64,000 bases of DNA from an uncultured Candidatus Rokubacteria bacterium (GCA_963805625.1 CAWDVE010000016.1:256001-320000), one strand, 5' to 3'; counted from the stretch's first letter, positions 10,586 through 20,913 are shown. Notes: generated from the sequence alone by a model not told the origin. Made by a program: numbers and translations.

Positions 10586-10996
10586 TCACTTCTTGCCCCC
10601 CGACCCGCCGCCTCCGCCGACGGCGACCAGCACCGTGGCGGCGGCGAGGAGCGCGACGTACTCGTAGCCGGCCCACGTCCGCCCGATGGCCGCGTCAACG
10701 ATCGTGCCCTTGAGGAGCGCGCTCTGGCGGACGTAGACGGTGAGCAGGCCGAGCAGCAGCACGGCGGCATTGAGCGTGCCGGCCAGCCGGGTCCAGAGCC
10801 CGATGATCAGCATGGCCCCGCCGATCCCGTTGATCGCGATCACGCCGACCGCCAGGATCGTGTGTGCGTGGAAGCCCAGCTTCTCGATGTAGGCGGCCAG
10901 GCCCTTCGGCGTCAACGCGAACAGCGCGAGGTAGGCCTGGAACAGGTAGACGGCGCCCACGACGACGCGCAGGGTGAGGGTCGCGTATGCGCTCAT
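10586..10996 (-). CDS. DoxX-family membrane protein
   Basis: LRVVVG..GLWTRLA..GYEY pattern with four TM helices. Confidence 0.75.
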   Translation of the reverse strand: MSAYATLTLRVVVGAVYLFQAYLALFALTPKGLAAYIEKLGFHAHTILAVGVIAINGIGGAMLIIGLWTRLAGTLNAAVLLLGLLTVYVRQSALLKGTIVDAAIGRTWAGYEYVALLAAATVLVAVGGGGGSGGKK

Positions 10997-11193
10997 CGAG
11001 CCCTCCCGCGACGCGGACCAGGAGCGGTATGTAGGCGCATGGTGCCGCGCCCCATGGCGCCAGAATCCGCGCGCGTCGTCAAGCCCGGGTGATGCCCGAC
11101 CGGCGCGCGCGAGCCCGCCGAGCCGGCTCACGCACGATCAGGAGCCTCGCAAGCTTGACAGTCGCCGGGGGCGGCGGGTAGGCTCGCCAAGGC

Positions 11194-12174
11194 ATGGCGG
11201 CGCGCTCGATCTTCGTGACGTGGCCCATGGAAGCGGAGGCGCGCGCGGTCCTCGAGCGTGTCGGCACCGTCCGCACGAGCCACACCGAGCACGAGCTGCC
11301 CGTCGCCGAGTTGGCCCGCCACGTCGCCGACGTCGAGGCGATCATCCCGATGGGTGCCCATTCGATCCCCGAGGCGGTCCTGGCCGGGGCGCGCCGCCTC
11401 CGCATCGTGGCGGTTGCGGCCGCCGGCTACAACATCGTCGACGTCGCGGCGGCGACCCAGCGCGGGGTCCTCGTCACGAACACGCCGGGCGTCCTCACCG
11501 AGACCACGGCCGACATGGCGTGGGCGCTGATGCTCGGCGTCGCGCGCCGCGTGCCCGAGAGTGACCGTTTCGTTCGCGCCGGGAAGTGGACGGGTGTCTA
11601 CTGGAGCCAGCTGATGGGCACCGACGTGCACGGCGCGACGCTGGGCATCGTCGGTCTGGGCCGGATCGGGCAAGCGATCGCGCGTCGCGCCCAGGGCTTT
11701 GGCATGCGCGTCCTCTACCACAAGCGGAATCGTGACCCCGAGGCGGAGCGGAGCGTCGGTGCGGAGTACCGCTCGAAGGGCGAGCTCCTCCGGGAGGCCG
11801 ACTTCGTCGTGCTCTCGATCCCGCTCTCGCCGGAGACCCGGCATCTGATCGGCGCGGCGGAGCTCGCGCTCATGAAGCCGACCGCTTTCCTGGTCAACGT
11901 CGCGCGGGGGCCCGTGGTCGACGAGGCCGCCCTCGTCGAGGCCCTCCGGACGAAGCGCATCGCGGGCGCCGGCCTCGACGTCTTCGAGGAGGAGCCGAAC
12001 CTCCATCCGGGTCTCCTCGGGCTCGAGAACCTCGCGCTCACGCCCCACATCGGCTCGGCGTCCCGCGCGACGCGGCTCAGGATGGCGACGCGCGCCGCCG
12101 AGAATTGCGTCGCCGCACTCGAGGGGCACCGGCCGCCGAACCTGGTCAACCCGGAGGCGTGGCGGCCGGCGTGA
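11194..12174 (+). CDS. D-glycerate dehydrogenase/glyoxylate reductase
   Basis: TNTPGVLTETTAD, GLGRIG, NVARGPVVDE, GLDVFEEEP and PHIGSA motifs. Confidence 0.92.
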   Translation: MAARSIFVTWPMEAEARAVLERVGTVRTSHTEHELPVAELARHVADVEAIIPMGAHSIPEAVLAGARRLRIVAVAAAGYNIVDVAAATQRGVLVTNTPGVLTETTADMAWALMLGVARRVPESDRFVRAGKWTGVYWSQLMGTDVHGATLGIVGLGRIGQAIARRAQGFGMRVLYHKRNRDPEAERSVGAEYRSKGELLREADFVVLSIPLSPETRHLIGAAELALMKPTAFLVNVARGPVVDEAALVEALRTKRIAGAGLDVFEEEPNLHPGLLGLENLALTPHIGSASRATRLRMATRAAENCVAALEGHRPPNLVNPEAWRPA

Positions 12175-13601
12175 AGCGCGGGAAGCTCTGGCTTCTTCTC
12201 CTGATCCTGCTGCTGGCCGGCGGCGGGTTTCTGATCTGGCGGCAGCGCCAGCCGCCGGTCCGCGTGACGATCGACCCCCCGCTCGCTGCCCTCGGGCAGT
12301 CGGCGCGCGTGGTCACGGTGGTGCTGGACGCCCCCGCGGCCAATCTGGCTGCGGTCGAGGTGCGGGTGGTGCAGCAGGGCACGGCCCGCCCGGTCCTGAC
12401 GGAGGATCTGACCGCCGGGGCGAGCCGTAGCCTGCGCAAGCCCGTGACGCTCGACGCGGCCGCCCTCAAGCTCCAGGAGGGGCCGGCGGAGCTGGAAATC
12501 GAGGCCCGGGACACGCTCTGGCGCCCCCGGCCCCCACGCGGGCCTCGCCTGATTCACCGCTTCACCGTGGACCTCACCCCGCCGAAGCTCGAGCTCAAGA
12601 CGGCGACGGGTTACATCAAGCACGCGGGTGCCGGCATCGTGGTCTACCGGCCGGAGGGGGCGGCGCGCTCCGGGGTCCGGATCGGCAGCGAGTTCTTCCC
12701 GGGCGTGTCAGGGCTCGCCCAGGATCCGGCCATCCAGGTCGTGCTGTTCGTGGTTCCTTACAACGGCCCGGCCGTGGCGCCGTCCGTCGTGGCGGTGGAC
12801 GAGGCCGGCAACGAGCGCGTGATCGGGGTCCCGGTGACGTTCCTGCCGGTGCGCTTTCCCAAGGACACCATCACCCTCACAGAGGCGTTCCTCCGCAAGA
12901 AGATGCCGGAGCTCGTGCCGCAGACACCGAGCCCGGCGTCGGTGGACGCGCTCCTCCAGGCCTTCCTGCGCGTCAACGGCGAGGGGCGCAAGGGCTTCGA
13001 GGCGAAGAACCGCGAGATCGGGACCGGTGAGAGCTCGCCCAAGCCCCTCTGGACCGGGGCGTTCCGCCAGCAGCCGAACACGAAGGTCTTCGCCAACTTC
13101 CCGGAGGAGCGGACGTACCAGATGGACGGCCGCACCGTCGACACCCAGTGGCATCTCGGCATCGACCTCGCGTCCAACCGGCAGAGTCCGGTGGAGGCAT
13201 CCAACGCCGGCCGGGTCGTGTTCACCGGATCGAACGGCATCTACGGGAACATGGTCGTGGTGGACCATGGCCTCGGCCTGATGAGCCTCTACGCCCACCT
13301 CTCCGACATCGCGGTGAAGGTGGGACAGACCGTCCAGAACGGGGAGGCGCTCGGGCGGAGCGGGGAGACGGGGCTCGCCGGCGGCGACCACCTGCACTTC
13401 GCGCTGCTCATCCGCGGGGTGTACACGAGCCCGCTCGAGTGGTGGGACGATCACTGGCTGAAGGACCGGATCGCGAAGCCGCTGGTCGACGCGGGCATCA
13501 CGCTGCCCGGGATCACCGATGGCGTGTCGGCGGCCGGGACGGTCTCGGGGCCCGCCGCGCCGCCTCCCCCGAAGCGCCGGCCTCCGCGCGCTCGGCGCTG
13601 A
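12171..13601 (+). CDS. M23-family metallopeptidase, membrane anchored
   Basis: N-terminal TM, HLGIDLA, YGNMVVVDHG, SLYAHLS and GDHLHF motifs. Confidence 0.9.
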   Translation: MKRGKLWLLLLILLLAGGGFLIWRQRQPPVRVTIDPPLAALGQSARVVTVVLDAPAANLAAVEVRVVQQGTARPVLTEDLTAGASRSLRKPVTLDAAALKLQEGPAELEIEARDTLWRPRPPRGPRLIHRFTVDLTPPKLELKTATGYIKHAGAGIVVYRPEGAARSGVRIGSEFFPGVSGLAQDPAIQVVLFVVPYNGPAVAPSVVAVDEAGNERVIGVPVTFLPVRFPKDTITLTEAFLRKKMPELVPQTPSPASVDALLQAFLRVNGEGRKGFEAKNREIGTGESSPKPLWTGAFRQQPNTKVFANFPEERTYQMDGRTVDTQWHLGIDLASNRQSPVEASNAGRVVFTGSNGIYGNMVVVDHGLGLMSLYAHLSDIAVKVGQTVQNGEALGRSGETGLAGGDHLHFALLIRGVYTSPLEWWDDHWLKDRIAKPLVDAGITLPGITDGVSAAGTVSGPAAPPPPKRRPPRARR

Positions 13602-13623
13602 GGGCGGCCCCGGGCGTGGCGCC

Positions 13624-13833
13624 TCACCAGGGACGCGCCGCGCGCCCCTCCAGGATGACCGCGACGACGGTGCCGCCGACGGCGAGCAGGAGGAAGAGCA
13701 CGGCAGCCAGGCGCGGGCGGCGCGGCAGCGCCTGCGCCTCGGCCGAGCGCCGGGCGCCGAGCCATCCCCAGATGGCGCCGAAGCCCATGAGGCCGAGCGC
13801 CAGCGCGAGGTAGGCGAGCCGCAACTGATCCAT
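13624..13833 (-). CDS. Small two-TM hypothetical membrane protein
   Basis: 69 aa with two hydrophobic helices; fills the intergenic gap. Confidence 0.55.
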   Translation of the reverse strand: MDQLRLAYLALALGLMGFGAIWGWLGARRSAEAQALPRRPRLAAVLFLLLAVGGTVVAVILEGRAARPW

Positions 13834-13975
13834 CGGCGACAGTGTGGCGCAACCTCCCGTCCTCAGGCAAGAGCCTCGGCATTCGGGCCATCCCCGACCG
13901 CCCCCTACCCCCACCCGTCTTCTCCCGGGCGCCCTGATCGGCTAGACTAGGCCCGGCTCTTGCCGGAGGCCGCGT

Positions 13976-14095
13976 GTGGTACTGGTGTGTCGCTGCCTAC
14001 GCTGCGGCTACGTTCAGCCCGGGGAAGACCCCCCAGAGCGCTGCCCCCACTGTGGGGCACCGACGGAAGACTTCGAGCTCATAGAAGAGGATTGA
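13976..14095 (+). CDS. 39-aa rubredoxin-like protein (not in ORF track)
   Basis: GGAGG RBS then GTG. Translation MVLVCRCLRCGYVQPGEDPPERCPHCGAPTEDFELIEED* has CxxCGY..PPExCPxCGA..F. Confidence 0.8.
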   Translation: MVLVCRCLRCGYVQPGEDPPERCPHCGAPTEDFELIEED

Positions 14096-14127
14096 GCCCG
14101 GCCTGGGCCGGGCGGGAGGGTAACCCA

Positions 14128-14949
14128 ATGGCCATCGTGACGATCACGCACGAGACGGGGTCGGGCGGCCCCGAGATCGGGATCGAGCTGGCCAAACGGC
14201 TCGGGTGGCGCTATGTGGACCGGGACATGCTCTCCGAGGCGGCCCAGCGCTACGGTGTGGGGGAGGACAAGCTAGCCGAGCTCGACGAGAAGAAGCCCTC
14301 GCTCTTCGAGCGGTTCGACGTCGAGACGCGGCAGTACATCACGGTTCTCCAATCCGCCCTCCTGGACGCGGCGGAGCAGGACAACGTCGTCATCAACTCG
14401 CGGGGTGGCCAGGTGCTCCTCCGCGGCATCTCGCACGCCCTCCGGGTCTTCGTGATCGCACCCTTCGAGCTGCGCGTCAAGCGGGTCATGAAGAAGATGG
14501 CCGGTCAGGCGCAGGAGGGAGTGGACGTCCGTACGACGGTGGAGATGGTTCGCCACAGCGATCAGGAGAAGCACGGGCGGATCCGGTACCTCTTCGACGT
14601 CGACTGGGGCGACCCGGCGCTGTACGACGTGGTCCTCAACACCGAGAAGCTCACGGTGGACGCAGGCGTCGAGGCGATCGCCGGGCTCGTCCGGAGCCTC
14701 ACCTCGACCGCAGAGTCGCGGCAGCAGGTGCGTGACCGGGCGCTCAGCTCGCGAGTTCGCGCCGCGCTGGCGGCGCACCCCGACACCCGCAAGTACCGCC
14801 TGAGCGTCGACTCCGACCGCGGGGTGATCCGTCTCGAGGGGACGGCTGCGCTCGAGCGAGCCGCCGACGTGGCCCGGACGGTGCCGGGGGTGGTGGACGT
14901 GAAGAGCCAGCTGCTCGAGGTGCCGCCCATCCCGCCCTTCGTAGCCTGA
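14128..14949 (+). CDS. Cytidylate kinase-like family protein with C-terminal BON domain
   Basis: ITHETGSGGPEIG P-loop-like motif and DPALYDVVLN. C-terminal region SRVRAAL..VIRLEG..VPGVVDV matches a BON domain. Confidence 0.85.
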   Translation: MAIVTITHETGSGGPEIGIELAKRLGWRYVDRDMLSEAAQRYGVGEDKLAELDEKKPSLFERFDVETRQYITVLQSALLDAAEQDNVVINSRGGQVLLRGISHALRVFVIAPFELRVKRVMKKMAGQAQEGVDVRTTVEMVRHSDQEKHGRIRYLFDVDWGDPALYDVVLNTEKLTVDAGVEAIAGLVRSLTSTAESRQQVRDRALSSRVRAALAAHPDTRKYRLSVDSDRGVIRLEGTAALERAADVARTVPGVVDVKSQLLEVPPIPPFVA

Positions 14950-14963
14950 GGGAGAGGCGCGGC

Positions 14964-15683
14964 CTACCGGACCTTGACGACCCGGCTCACGATCCCGCGG
15001 CGCGCGAGCGCCTCCCGGTACGCCTGGGCGTCGGCGCGCCGCGCAAACTGGCCGTACCGGATGTGGTACTGGCCGCTTGGCGCCAGTGCCTCGCTCACGC
15101 GCACCTCGAACCCCCGGGCGCGGAGCGGGCGCGCCGCCGCGATGGCCGCGGCCAGCGAAGGGTGTCGTCCGAGGATGATCTCGGGGTTCCCGCCCTCCTC
15201 GACGACAGTGCCACGCCCGATCTCCCGCACGGCCTGGCGGGCCTCGTCGGTGGACGCGAAGCCCGTGGCGATGACCACGAACAGCCGGGCCGTGTCCTCC
15301 TTGCGGAACCGCACCGTCGCGTGCCCAAGCCGGTTGAGCTCGGTTTCCAGCCGGTCCGCGGCCTCGCCGGCGGGGAAGGGCCCGCTCTCGAGCGTGAATC
15401 GCTCCGGGGTGGGGACCGGCGGGCGCGGCGCCGCGGGCGCCCCGCTGGCCGGCGTCTCGGGTCGGCCGGGGTCCGGGGCCCGCTCGGCCGGAGCCGCGCT
15501 CTCGCCCGCGTCCGGGCCGGCCGGGATCGCCACCACCGAGGGGGGCGGCGTGGCCAGGCCGCGCCAGCGTGGCCAGGGCCCTCCCAGACGGTCCACGAAT
15601 AGCCACGCGATGACCGCCGCAAGGACGATCACGCTCGCCGCCGCGAGTGGCACATGGGTGTAGCGCGAGATCAGCCAACGCAT
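14964..15683 (-). CDS. SPOR domain-containing membrane protein
   Basis: N-terminal TM, Pro-rich linker and SPOR-like repeats (YHIRYGQFARRADA..LARRGI). Confidence 0.7.
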   Translation of the reverse strand: MRWLISRYTHVPLAAASVIVLAAVIAWLFVDRLGGPWPRWRGLATPPPSVVAIPAGPDAGESAAPAERAPDPGRPETPASGAPAAPRPPVPTPERFTLESGPFPAGEAADRLETELNRLGHATVRFRKEDTARLFVVIATGFASTDEARQAVREIGRGTVVEEGGNPEIILGRHPSLAAAIAAARPLRARGFEVRVSEALAPSGQYHIRYGQFARRADAQAYREALARRGIVSRVVKVR

Positions 15684-15763
15684 CGGAGGCCCGAAGTGAT
15701 GTTCGAGACCGTGCTCGGGGAAGTCAAGACGATTATGGGCGAGACGGGCTCGCCGGGACCGGC

Positions 15764-16930
15764 ATGAGCCGCCTCCTCATCAAGACGGGACTCGCCGTCG
15801 TGGTGGCGCTGGCCGCCGGCCTCGGGGTAGGGATCGGGCTTCAGATCCCGGGCGTCCGCTGGCCGGGAACCCCGGCACCGCCGCCTCGCGCCACCGGACC
15901 CACGACGGCGGACATCCAGCGTGCCTTCGTGGGGGTCGCGGATCACCTCCGGCCCGCCGTCGTGAACATCGCCACGGCACACTTCCTGCGCCGCCAGCGT
16001 CCCCGGGGGGGCGCGCCCACTCCCGGCACGCCGCCGAGCCTCAAGGAGTACTTCGACCAGTACTTCGGCCAGATGCCGCCCGGGGAGCGGGAGCGCTCCG
16101 GCGTCGGGTCCGGCGTCATCATCGACACGCAGGGGCACATCCTGACGAACCTCCACGTCATCAAGGGGGCGGACGAGATCACGGTCCGGTTCCAGAACAA
16201 GAAGGAGGTCGCGGGAAAGATCGTGGGCACGGATGCCACGACAGACCTGGCCGTGATCCAGATTCCCGTCGGGGAGGGAGTGGTCGCGGCGAAGCTCGGA
16301 GACTCCGACCGCATCGAGGTCGGCGAGTGGGCCATCGCGATCGGGAGCCCGTTCGGGCTCGAGCAGACGGTCACGGTTGGCGTCGTGAGCGCGACGGGCC
16401 GGTCGGAGGTCGGGATCGTCCCCAACGAGAACTTCATCCAGACCGACGCGTCCATCAATCCCGGGAATTCCGGCGGTCCGCTGCTCAACGCCCAGGGCGA
16501 GGTGATCGGCATCAACACCGCGATCCTCTCGTCCGGCCAGGGCATCGGCTTCGCCATCCCGATCAACACCGCTCAGCGGGTCGCGAACGCGCTGATCGCC
16601 CGGGGTCGAGTCCAGCGTGGCTGGCTCGGGGTGGCCCTCGAGCCCCTGAACGACGACCTGGCCCAGGCGCTCGGTGCGCCCAAGGGCAAGGGCGCGGTCG
16701 TGAAGCGAGTGCTTCCCGGCGGTCCGGCGGAGAAGGGGGGCATCCTCCCGAACGACGTCATCGTGCGATTCGGCGAGACGACCGTCGGAGACCTGCAGCA
16801 TCTCCAGCGCCTCGTTCTGGACGCTCCGGTCGAGCGCCCGGTCAGCCTCCGCGTCCTGCGGCAGGGCAAGGAGGTGCAGGTGTCCGTCACGATCTCCGAG
16901 GCGCCGGCCGAGCGCCCCGGGGCGTCCTGA
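15764..16930 (+). CDS. HtrA/DegP-like serine protease with PDZ domain
   Basis: GSGVII, LTNLHV, TDLAVI, IQTDASINPGNSGGPL and a C-terminal PDZ. Confidence 0.93.
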   Translation: MSRLLIKTGLAVVVALAAGLGVGIGLQIPGVRWPGTPAPPPRATGPTTADIQRAFVGVADHLRPAVVNIATAHFLRRQRPRGGAPTPGTPPSLKEYFDQYFGQMPPGERERSGVGSGVIIDTQGHILTNLHVIKGADEITVRFQNKKEVAGKIVGTDATTDLAVIQIPVGEGVVAAKLGDSDRIEVGEWAIAIGSPFGLEQTVTVGVVSATGRSEVGIVPNENFIQTDASINPGNSGGPLLNAQGEVIGINTAILSSGQGIGFAIPINTAQRVANALIARGRVQRGWLGVALEPLNDDLAQALGAPKGKGAVVKRVLPGGPAEKGGILPNDVIVRFGETTVGDLQHLQRLVLDAPVERPVSLRVLRQGKEVQVSVTISEAPAERPGAS

Positions 16931-16943
16931 GGCGCCCGGCTCC

Positions 16944-17513
16944 GTGGTCCTTTCCTGGCGCCGTCTCCGTGAGCGGGCCACCCTCGTGCTTCACCTGGAC
17001 GAGGAGCCCTCGCGTCTGGCGGCGGGCATGGCGGCGGGCGTCTTCATCGGGGTCACCCCCTTCTACGGGCTCCACACGTTTCTCGCGCTCGTTGTGGCCT
17101 ACGTGTTCCGGCTCAACAAGGCGGCGACGATCACCGGGGCGTGGCTGAACCTTCCCTGGTTCGCGCCATTCGTGTACGGCTTCTGTCTCCGCTTCGGCGA
17201 GGCTGTGCTCACGGGCGACTGGAGCGGCTTCTCGCTCGCGAGTGTCCACGGGCTGGCCGAGTCCGCGGGCGCGTACCTCCGCGCGGGCCCCCGCGAGACC
17301 GCCGACAATCTCTGGCAGCTCGTGTGGAGCATGCTCTTCGTCGCCTCGAAGCCCTTGTTCGTGGGGACGACCATCGTGGGTTTCGCCCTCGCGATCGCAG
17401 CGTACTTCATCACGCTTGAGGCCGTGCGGGACGTCCGCCGGCTCCGGGCCCGAATCCACCCGGTCCACGGGCCCCCGGGGCGGCCACCCCGGGAGACCGA
17501 GCGGACACCCTGA
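16944..17513 (+). CDS. DUF2062-family membrane protein
   Basis: PSRLAAGMAAGVFIGVTPFYGLHT..FRLNK..N-P pattern. Confidence 0.8.
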   Translation: MVLSWRRLRERATLVLHLDEEPSRLAAGMAAGVFIGVTPFYGLHTFLALVVAYVFRLNKAATITGAWLNLPWFAPFVYGFCLRFGEAVLTGDWSGFSLASVHGLAESAGAYLRAGPRETADNLWQLVWSMLFVASKPLFVGTTIVGFALAIAAYFITLEAVRDVRRLRARIHPVHGPPGRPPRETERTP

Positions 17514-18445
17514 TGCCGGCCTTCCGGTCCCTCCTCGAGGCGCTGTCCCTCCTGGCGGCGCGGACGCTCTCCCTGGGCGAGGACGCGGCCCACGTCCTCG
17601 CCCGGATCGTGGCCATTGCGGGCGCGGTGCTCGTCGGCTGGGCGGGCTACCACCTGGTCACGATTGTGATCCGCCGCCTCCTCGAGCCGCTCGTGGGGAC
17701 GACGGACTATCCGGCCCGCGCCCAGCGCGCCCGGACCCTGGGCCCACTGCTCACGAGCACGGCTCGCTACATGGTGGCGTTCCTGGTCGCTGTCGTTGTC
17801 CTGCAGCAGATCGGCATCGACGTGCGGGCGCTTCTCGTGTCGGCGGGGGTGCTGGGTGTCGCGATCGGGCTCGGGGCGCAGAGCCTCATCCGCGACGTCA
17901 TCATGGGGTTCTTCATCCTCCTCGAGAACCTGATCGCGGTCGGCGACGTGATCGAGGTCGGCCAGCACACGGGCGTGGTCGAGTCGGTCGGGCTGCGCGT
18001 CACCAAGATCCGGAAGTTCTCGGGCGAGCTCCGCATCATCCCGAACGGAGAGTTGACCGCGTTCGGCCATCACACCGCTGGGTGGGCCCGCCTGGTCGTC
18101 GAGGTGTCGATCGACTACGAGGAGGACGTGGATCGGGCGCTCCGGGTGCTGGGCGAGGTCGGCAAGGCCCTCGCGGGAGCGCACCCGGCGATGGTCCTGG
18201 AGCCGCCGACCGCCGAGGGCATCTTGCGGTTCGGTCAGAGCGGCGCGGCCGAGGCGGTCCTGCGCCTCTACGCCCGCATCGTCGCGCTCGAGAAGGCCCC
18301 GCTCGAGTTCGAGGCGCGCCGGCGCGTGAAGGAAGCCTTCGCCGCGCATGGCATCCGGACCCCGCGCGCTGCCATGGAGGTCCACCTCACCCCGCCGTCC
18401 GGCGGCGCAAGCGTCGAGGACAATCGAAAGGAGTCGGTCGCATGA
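17513..18445 (+). CDS. MscS-family mechanosensitive channel
   Basis: AGVLGVAIGLGAQSLIRD, VGDVIEVG, GVVESVGLRVT and IPNG motifs. Confidence 0.9.
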   Translation: MPAFRSLLEALSLLAARTLSLGEDAAHVLARIVAIAGAVLVGWAGYHLVTIVIRRLLEPLVGTTDYPARAQRARTLGPLLTSTARYMVAFLVAVVVLQQIGIDVRALLVSAGVLGVAIGLGAQSLIRDVIMGFFILLENLIAVGDVIEVGQHTGVVESVGLRVTKIRKFSGELRIIPNGELTAFGHHTAGWARLVVEVSIDYEEDVDRALRVLGEVGKALAGAHPAMVLEPPTAEGILRFGQSGAAEAVLRLYARIVALEKAPLEFEARRRVKEAFAAHGIRTPRAAMEVHLTPPSGGASVEDNRKESVA

Positions 18446-19305
18446 GGGTCCGCACCGCCGTGTTCCCCGCCGCGGGTCTCGGCACCCGCTTCCTGCCTGC
18501 GACGAAGGCCCAGCCCAAGGAGATGCTGCCCCTCGTCGACAAGCCCATGATCCAGTACGTCGTCGAGGAGGCGGTGGCTGCTGGGCTCGACCGCGTCTGC
18601 ATCGTGACCGGGCGCGGTAAGCGCGCCATCGAGGACCACTTCGACTCGGCCGTCGAGCTGGAGTTCTACCTGCAAGAGCGGGGGAAGTGGGAGGAGCTGG
18701 CCCAGATCAAGACGATCTCGGACCTGGCGTCGGTGTCCTACGTCCGCCAGAAGGAGCCGCTCGGCCTGGGTCACGCCATCCTGTGCGCGCAACCCCTGGT
18801 CGGCGACGAACCGTTCGCAGTGTTTCTCGGCGACGACATCATCGTGTCCGACCCGCCCTGCATCGCGCAGCTCCTCGCCGTGTTCGAGCAGCACGGCGAC
18901 CCCGTCCTGGCCGTGAAGCAGGTGCCCGCGTCGCAGCTATCGCGATACGGCGTGATCCGGGGGACGCCGATCGGCGAGAACGTCTACCTGGTGGATGACC
19001 TGGTCGAGAAGCCGGCCCCCGAGGCGGCGCCCTCGGACCTGGCGATCATCGGCCGGTATGTGCTCACCCCCGACATCTTTCCCATCCTCGCCGAGACGCC
19101 TCCCGACCACCGCGGGGAGATCCAGCTCACCGATGCCCTCCGCCGCCTCCGGGCCCGGCGGCCCCTGTACGCGGTCCGCTTCACCGGGCACCACTTCGAC
19201 ACGGGCGAGAAGCTGGGCTTCCTCAAGGCCACGGTGGACATGGCGCTCACCCGCCCCGACCTCGGGGACGCCTTCCGCGAGTATCTCCGCGGGGTCAAGC
19301 TCTAG
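18442..19305 (+). CDS. galU: UTP--glucose-1-phosphate uridylyltransferase
   Basis: PAAGLGTRFLPATKAQPKEMLP, GLGHA, VEKP and GEIQLTDA motifs. Confidence 0.96.
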   Translation: MRVRTAVFPAAGLGTRFLPATKAQPKEMLPLVDKPMIQYVVEEAVAAGLDRVCIVTGRGKRAIEDHFDSAVELEFYLQERGKWEELAQIKTISDLASVSYVRQKEPLGLGHAILCAQPLVGDEPFAVFLGDDIIVSDPPCIAQLLAVFEQHGDPVLAVKQVPASQLSRYGVIRGTPIGENVYLVDDLVEKPAPEAAPSDLAIIGRYVLTPDIFPILAETPPDHRGEIQLTDALRRLRARRPLYAVRFTGHHFDTGEKLGFLKATVDMALTRPDLGDAFREYLRGVKL

Positions 19306-19352
19306 CGCGTCGGCCGGCGTCTACCCGAGCGGGCAGGGTCGTCGGCCTCTCG

Positions 19353-19679
19353 ATGACGCTGCCCGAAACGCCCCGGGAACCGTCGAGAAGCGAGCGTCTG
19401 GCCCGGTTTTGGGCGCTGCCCGGGGTGGAGGCACCGTTGGCAGACCTAGCTCCTGGGGCCCGCGACCTTGCTGCGGCCGGGCGGGGTCTGCTAGACTTTT
19501 GTCTACCTTTTCACTACATACGGTCAACAGTGAACCCCTTCACGGCCCGGTTCCCCCACCTCTCCCTCGCCCCGGCGCCCTTCGGCGATGGGGAGGGACC
19601 TCTGTGGCCGTCGGCGGCCGCCGAGCGCGCCAGGGGACGCATCCGGGCCGCGTGCCCCTGTCTCGGCCGGGCGCGTTGA
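19353..19679 (+). CDS. Hypothetical protein
   Basis: ATG-started ORF that fills the galU-pncB gap on the same strand. No recognisable motif. Confidence 0.4.
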   Translation: MTLPETPREPSRSERLARFWALPGVEAPLADLAPGARDLAAAGRGLLDFCLPFHYIRSTVNPFTARFPHLSLAPAPFGDGEGPLWPSAAAERARGRIRAACPCLGRAR

Positions 19680-19691
19680 GCCGTTCCGACG

Positions 19692-20900
19692 ATGCCTGAC
19701 AAACGTCCGTTCCACCTCGCCACCCACCAGGAGATCAAGTCGGGGGAGGTCACCGACGTCTACTTCAACCGTACGGTCCAGATCCTCCGGGCGCGGGACA
19801 ACCGGGCGCGCGTCAAGGCCGAAGTGTACCTGAAGAGCCTGCCCGGTGACTGGGGCTGGGGCATCCTCGCGGGGATCGAGGAGGCGGCGCACCTCCTGGA
19901 GGGGCTGCCGATCGACGTGACCGCCATGGACGAGGGGACCGTGTTCGGCGCCTACCAGCCCATCCTCACCGTCGAAGGCGTGTACGTGGACTGGGCCGAG
20001 TACGAGACGGCGCTCCTCGGGCTCCTCTGCCAGGCCTCGGGGATCGCCACCAAGTCGGCTCGCTGCAAGAAGGCGGCGGGCGAGCGTCAGGTCATCAGCT
20101 TCGGCGCGCGCCGGATGCACCCCGGGCTCGCCCCGATGATCGAGCGGAACGCATTCGTCGGGGGGTGCGACGGCGTGGCGGTGACGAAGTCGGCCGAGCT
20201 CATCGACGCCGATCCCATGGGCACGATCCCCCACGCGCTGGTCCTGGTGATCGGGGATACCGTGGAGGCGCTCCGGGCGTTCCACGACGTGGTCGATCCG
20301 AAGGTCCGCCGGGTGGCGCTGATCGACACCCTCCAGGACGAGAAGTTCGAGGCGATCCGGGTGGCCGAGGCGCTCGGCCGGGACCTCTACGCGGTCCGGC
20401 TCGACACCCCGTCCTCGCGGCGGGGCGACTTCTACCGCATCCTCGAGGAGGTCCGCTGGGAGCTCGACTACCGCGGGTTCGAGCACGTGCGGATCATCGC
20501 TACCGGCGGGATCGATGAGTACCAGATGCCGCGGCTCAATCCCCTGGTGGACGCCTACGGGGTGGGGACGGCCATCGCGAACGCCCCTGTGCTCAACTTC
20601 GGGCTCGACATCATGGAGATCGACGGCCAGCCAATCGCCAAGCGGGGCAAGCATTCCGGCTCGAAGCGGGTGCTGCGCTGCCGTGCCTGCGACAAGACCA
20701 TCGTCGTGGCCGCCCACAAGCCGGTCGACCGATGCCCGTGCGGGGGGTCGTACGAGGACCTGCTGAAGCCCTTGATTCGTGGCGGGCGCGTCGCGCGCGA
20801 CCTGCCGCCGCCCCGCACTCTCCGCGAGCACGTCCTCGAGCAGCTCCGGCGCATCCCGCTCGAGTTGCCGGGGGCCGGCGGACTCCGCGGCGACTTCTGA
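19692..20900 (+). CDS. pncB: Nicotinate phosphoribosyltransferase with C-terminal Cys cluster
   Basis: TDVYF, SFGARR, GTIPHA, VRLDTPSSRRG, GVGTAI and AKRGK motifs. Confidence 0.9.
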   Translation: MPDKRPFHLATHQEIKSGEVTDVYFNRTVQILRARDNRARVKAEVYLKSLPGDWGWGILAGIEEAAHLLEGLPIDVTAMDEGTVFGAYQPILTVEGVYVDWAEYETALLGLLCQASGIATKSARCKKAAGERQVISFGARRMHPGLAPMIERNAFVGGCDGVAVTKSAELIDADPMGTIPHALVLVIGDTVEALRAFHDVVDPKVRRVALIDTLQDEKFEAIRVAEALGRDLYAVRLDTPSSRRGDFYRILEEVRWELDYRGFEHVRIIATGGIDEYQMPRLNPLVDAYGVGTAIANAPVLNFGLDIMEIDGQPIAKRGKHSGSKRVLRCRACDKTIVVAAHKPVDRCPCGGSYEDLLKPLIRGGRVARDLPPPRTLREHVLEQLRRIPLELPGAGGLRGDF

Positions 20901-20913
20901 GCGAATCGATGCC

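Noticed and set aside
13960-14127. Riboswitch or N-terminal extension of the CMK-like gene
   Set aside because: Better explained by a separate rubredoxin-like ORF with its own RBS.
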